A stretch of DNA of 64,000 nucleotides. It comes from the human T2T-CHM13v2.0 reference genome, Homo sapiens. The translations under genes and the position numbers were made by a program. This document shows, piece by piece, positions 60,743 through 64,000 of this stretch. The stretch lies in NCBI RefSeq assembly GCF_009914755.1, contig NC_060944.1, one strand, 5' to 3'. The notes under the pieces were generated by a model. It saw only the letters and a list, made by a program, of their open reading frames with translations, was not told the DNA's origin and did not search any database. Numbering within the stretch: position 1 is the first letter of the stretch; every line of letters starts with the position of its first letter.

Positions 60743-61939
60743 AACAAGAGGGAATCTTTGCCATTCATTTTTTCTGAAATGCTATTCAAGGCAGATGGTA
60801 TACCACTCAGATGGCCAGCTAGGTGACTTCTTTTCCCAGGAATGTCTTGGGAACCTGCATCTATTCCTCCTAACATGTCTTCCTTCCTCTTCACCAGAAA
60901 AGATAACAGGCAACCTGGGAGAAGTCTCTTAACAGGATGCATTTTCTCATGTTTTTAAAGTGAGAGCTAAAATGTTGTATTCCTAACAAATTATGTTTTG
61001 ATATTTAAAATTTCCACTGACCACATAGCAGGTCCAGAGCAGACATTTTTCCCTACATTTTTCATCTCTTGAAGGTAGATAACTCCAAGGAACTGGACGT
61101 GTAATTCAGAAAATTTGCAACCTTTAATAAATCATATGGGTTCCTTCCTAGAAGAAATGGGCTTGGTTTCAGTTTTGAATGAGAGGTTTCTGCTTCTCGG
61201 ACTATGAGACTAACCCAGGTGTGTTCCCAGACTCTGCTTGGTCTCTCACTCTTCTACTCAAGCAGAGGTCTGAGATGACATTTGGGCTGGAGGAATAGCA
61301 CCCTCATATATTAGCAGTGCCTACTATAGATGAAGAATTGGAGAGTGAAGGGCTGGTGTCAAACAGGTTCGATCTCTATACTTGCCTTTACGAAATCAGA
61401 TTTAAAAAAAAGAGTAGAAATAGTAAATTCCCTTGAAAAGATATTTGAAAGTATAATGGCACTAAAAGAAGATGCTCAGTTATTTAAATTTAGCATGTTC
61501 ATCATCTGGGCATGTGGGAAAGGAAATATCTGAAGTAGATGATGTGTGTGGGCAGGTAGATTTGTGATGTATTTGCCAACATGAGCAGAGGAGAGAAGGA
61601 GAAGAACATAAGGCCAAATACAAAAAAAAAAAAAAAAAAAAGTGACAGAACTATGGGAAGAGTTTTAGGGAGGCTAAAGGTCATGATCCATTAAACCTTG
61701 TGGAAATATTATATAAAGGGAAAAATGCTTTATAGTGATAAGTCAGACAAGAAGATAAATTGGAAAAAAAAGCAACACATCTCTTAGGGGCATGGTAAGA
61801 AGTTTCACAATGGCATGGACATTCAGTCATCATTTTATCTCAATCTTCTTTCCCAACCAACCTGATCATCAGTCTGGAAGTGTCAAGCAAACATCATTAA
61901 TGGGTGAATTAAAGTTGTGTCTACAACATTAAGATAACT

Positions 61940-62272
61940 CAAGTGTTGGCAAACTTTTTCTGTAAAGGCCCACAATGTATAAATATTTTTGGCTTTACAA
62001 GCCTTATGGTCTCTGTTGCAACTACTCAACTCTGCGGCTGTGGAAGAAAAGCAGATGTAGACAATATAGAAATGAATTATTGTGGCTTTGTTCCAGTAGG
62101 TCTTAATTTATGGACATTAAATTTTGAATTACATGTAATTTTCACATGTCATGCAATGTTCTTTGGCCTCTTATTTTTTCAACCGTTTAAAAATGTTTTT
62201 AAAACATGTATGTTTTAATCCCTCTAAAAATATGCAACAGGAAAAAGTAGGCTTGTGGGCCACAGTCTGATG
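61940..62272. mobile_element. MER58B
   Basis: ttggcaaactttttctgtaaaggcc...ttgcaactactcaactctgc...aattttcacatgtcatg. Confidence 0.85.
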
Positions 62273-62954
62273 ATGCTGAAATGAAATATCACTTAGTCAT
62301 TTTTAATGTGGTGATGAAATTTTCTATTAAATGAAATATACTAGCATGCTGAAAAGCTTGGAGATATGACTAAGGAACCAACAAACCATAACAGATGGTA
62401 TTGGCTGAGTGAAGGATCAAATTTGGAGACAAACTTGTGTACTAATGTTGTAAAAGGTGGTAAATTGTCACTTCTGGGAACCATAGACCAGAATGTGTGA
62501 GATCAATCACTGAAATATATTGGAACACATTATTAAACAAGCAGAGACACAAAGAATTGATTACTCCCTAGAGTGAATGACAAAAATAAATATCAAACTC
62601 TAAAAAAATTGGCAGACTACATTATTTAAATAGCATAAGTGGCATAGATATAGGGTATATTGAGTATGCAGGAAAATAGTAGGCCAAAATTTTCAACATA
62701 CACTACTGAAAAAAAAGAAGTTGACTAAATAATAACATAATTATATAGGGTCATAATTGTTTTAACAATGTTCAAGTATACTAATTGATGAGTTTATATT
62801 CCACTGAGTCTGTCAAATAAACCTTATCATGATGCTAAATATTAATTTGGATGCCTAAATGCCAGCTCAGCATTCTAAATTGCTTTCTGCCTGACTGTTA
62901 ACTTGAATACTAAAGCCACTTCACATTTTCAAATGACTGTTTAACAAGGGCTTT

Positions 62955-63330
62955 TGTCTTCATCATTTTGCTGAACAGAATACCAAAGACTGCATAACCT
63001 ATTAAAAAAAAAGTTTATTTCTCATGGTTCTGGAGGCTGGGAAGTCCAAGGTCAAGGGACTGCATCTGGTGAGGGCCTTTCTGCTACATCATCCCATGGC
63101 AGTAGGGAGAAGGGTAAGGGAGTGTGCAAGAGCAAGGGGGAAAGAGGACAAACTCATCCTTGTATCTAGAACCACTCTTTGATAACCTGCTCCAGAGATA
63201 ATGGCATTGATCCATTCATGAGAGCAGAGCCCCCATGACCTAATCACCTCTTAAACGTCCCACCTCTTAACCGTCACAATAAAAATTAAATTTCAAAATC
63301 AATTTTGGAGTGGACATTCACACCAAAGCA
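62955..63330 (-). mobile_element. MSTD-like solo LTR
   Basis: ttctggaggctgggaagtccaagg...gcatctggtgagggcc...ccattcatgagagcagagcccccatgacctaatcacctc. Confidence 0.85.
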
Positions 63331-64000
63331 GATTCCAAAAGAATCATGTTAAAAATACCCCAGATTATAAAATTATGAATCCAAAACCAAAAAGACAATA
63401 TAAAGCAGGCATAAAAACAAAAGTTTAGGTTGAAACAATCACCTTTATTTATAAGTATAGATGGCAAAGAACTTAGCATAACTGCTTTTGTCTTTGGGTT
63501 GAGTGTAGGTGAGTGGGTAGTATGTGTTATTTTTCCAAAAAAGACTAGGTGGTTGTAGTTAATTGTAAACTCACAGTTAGCCAGTGATTTGACATGTTTA
63601 TAAAGGTATGTGGTATATTTTCTTTTCTCTTTCCAACACCTTGTGTTGCAATTTAGGACACTGTGAAGTAAAGGAAGAATTCTGTTCACTTGTGATTTGA
63701 AAATTTTTCTCATCAAGATGATAACTTGGAAGCATTTTTGATAATCATTTTGCCCAGTGAGATTATGTCTTTGGACAGCTTGGTTGGGTCAAATTTTCAC
63801 AAACTGCTAGGATATTCATAATGGGCCATCTGCAGTTTTAAGTATTCAGTTGATTCATCCAACTGTATATTAAATTTACCAGACCATCAATGTAAGAGGC
63901 AATAGGGCTTGGCAACACATACCATACTGATGATAATAAGAATATTAAGAAACATAGGATCTTGTGATGGAGTTTCTAGTAATTCACTTTCTAGCATTTT

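Overview
Human genomic DNA: it is Alu-rich and carries a near-consensus AluYa5. The only protein-coding sequence I can support is the terminal coding exon of DOK5 (4774-4838, + strand, (D)[20 protein letters not shown]), recognised from memory of the DOK5 C-terminus. It is followed by its 3' UTR and poly(A) signal, which places the window at 20q13.2 running into the gene-poor region 3' of DOK5. The remaining ~58 kb is non-coding: more than 20 Alu-family elements, L1/L2/MIR fragments, solo MaLR and ERV1 LTRs, hAT DNA-transposon fossils and several repeat-free blocks that look regulatory. None of the supplied ORFs is a credible gene. Best leads: (1) an ancient MER121-like element with a perfect 13-bp inverted repeat and octamer/AP-1 motifs next to the weak last splice acceptor of DOK5; (2) three co-oriented CTCF motifs, one apparently created by a point change inside a MER20; (3) a ~90-bp inverted duplication 1.1 kb apart; (4) a probably polymorphic AluYa5; (5) several unusual retrotransposition scars; (6) a possible gene conversion between neighbouring Alus. 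I do not see a large novel multi-gene system. Repeat subfamily names come from recalled consensus sequences, and boundaries of old repeats are approximate.
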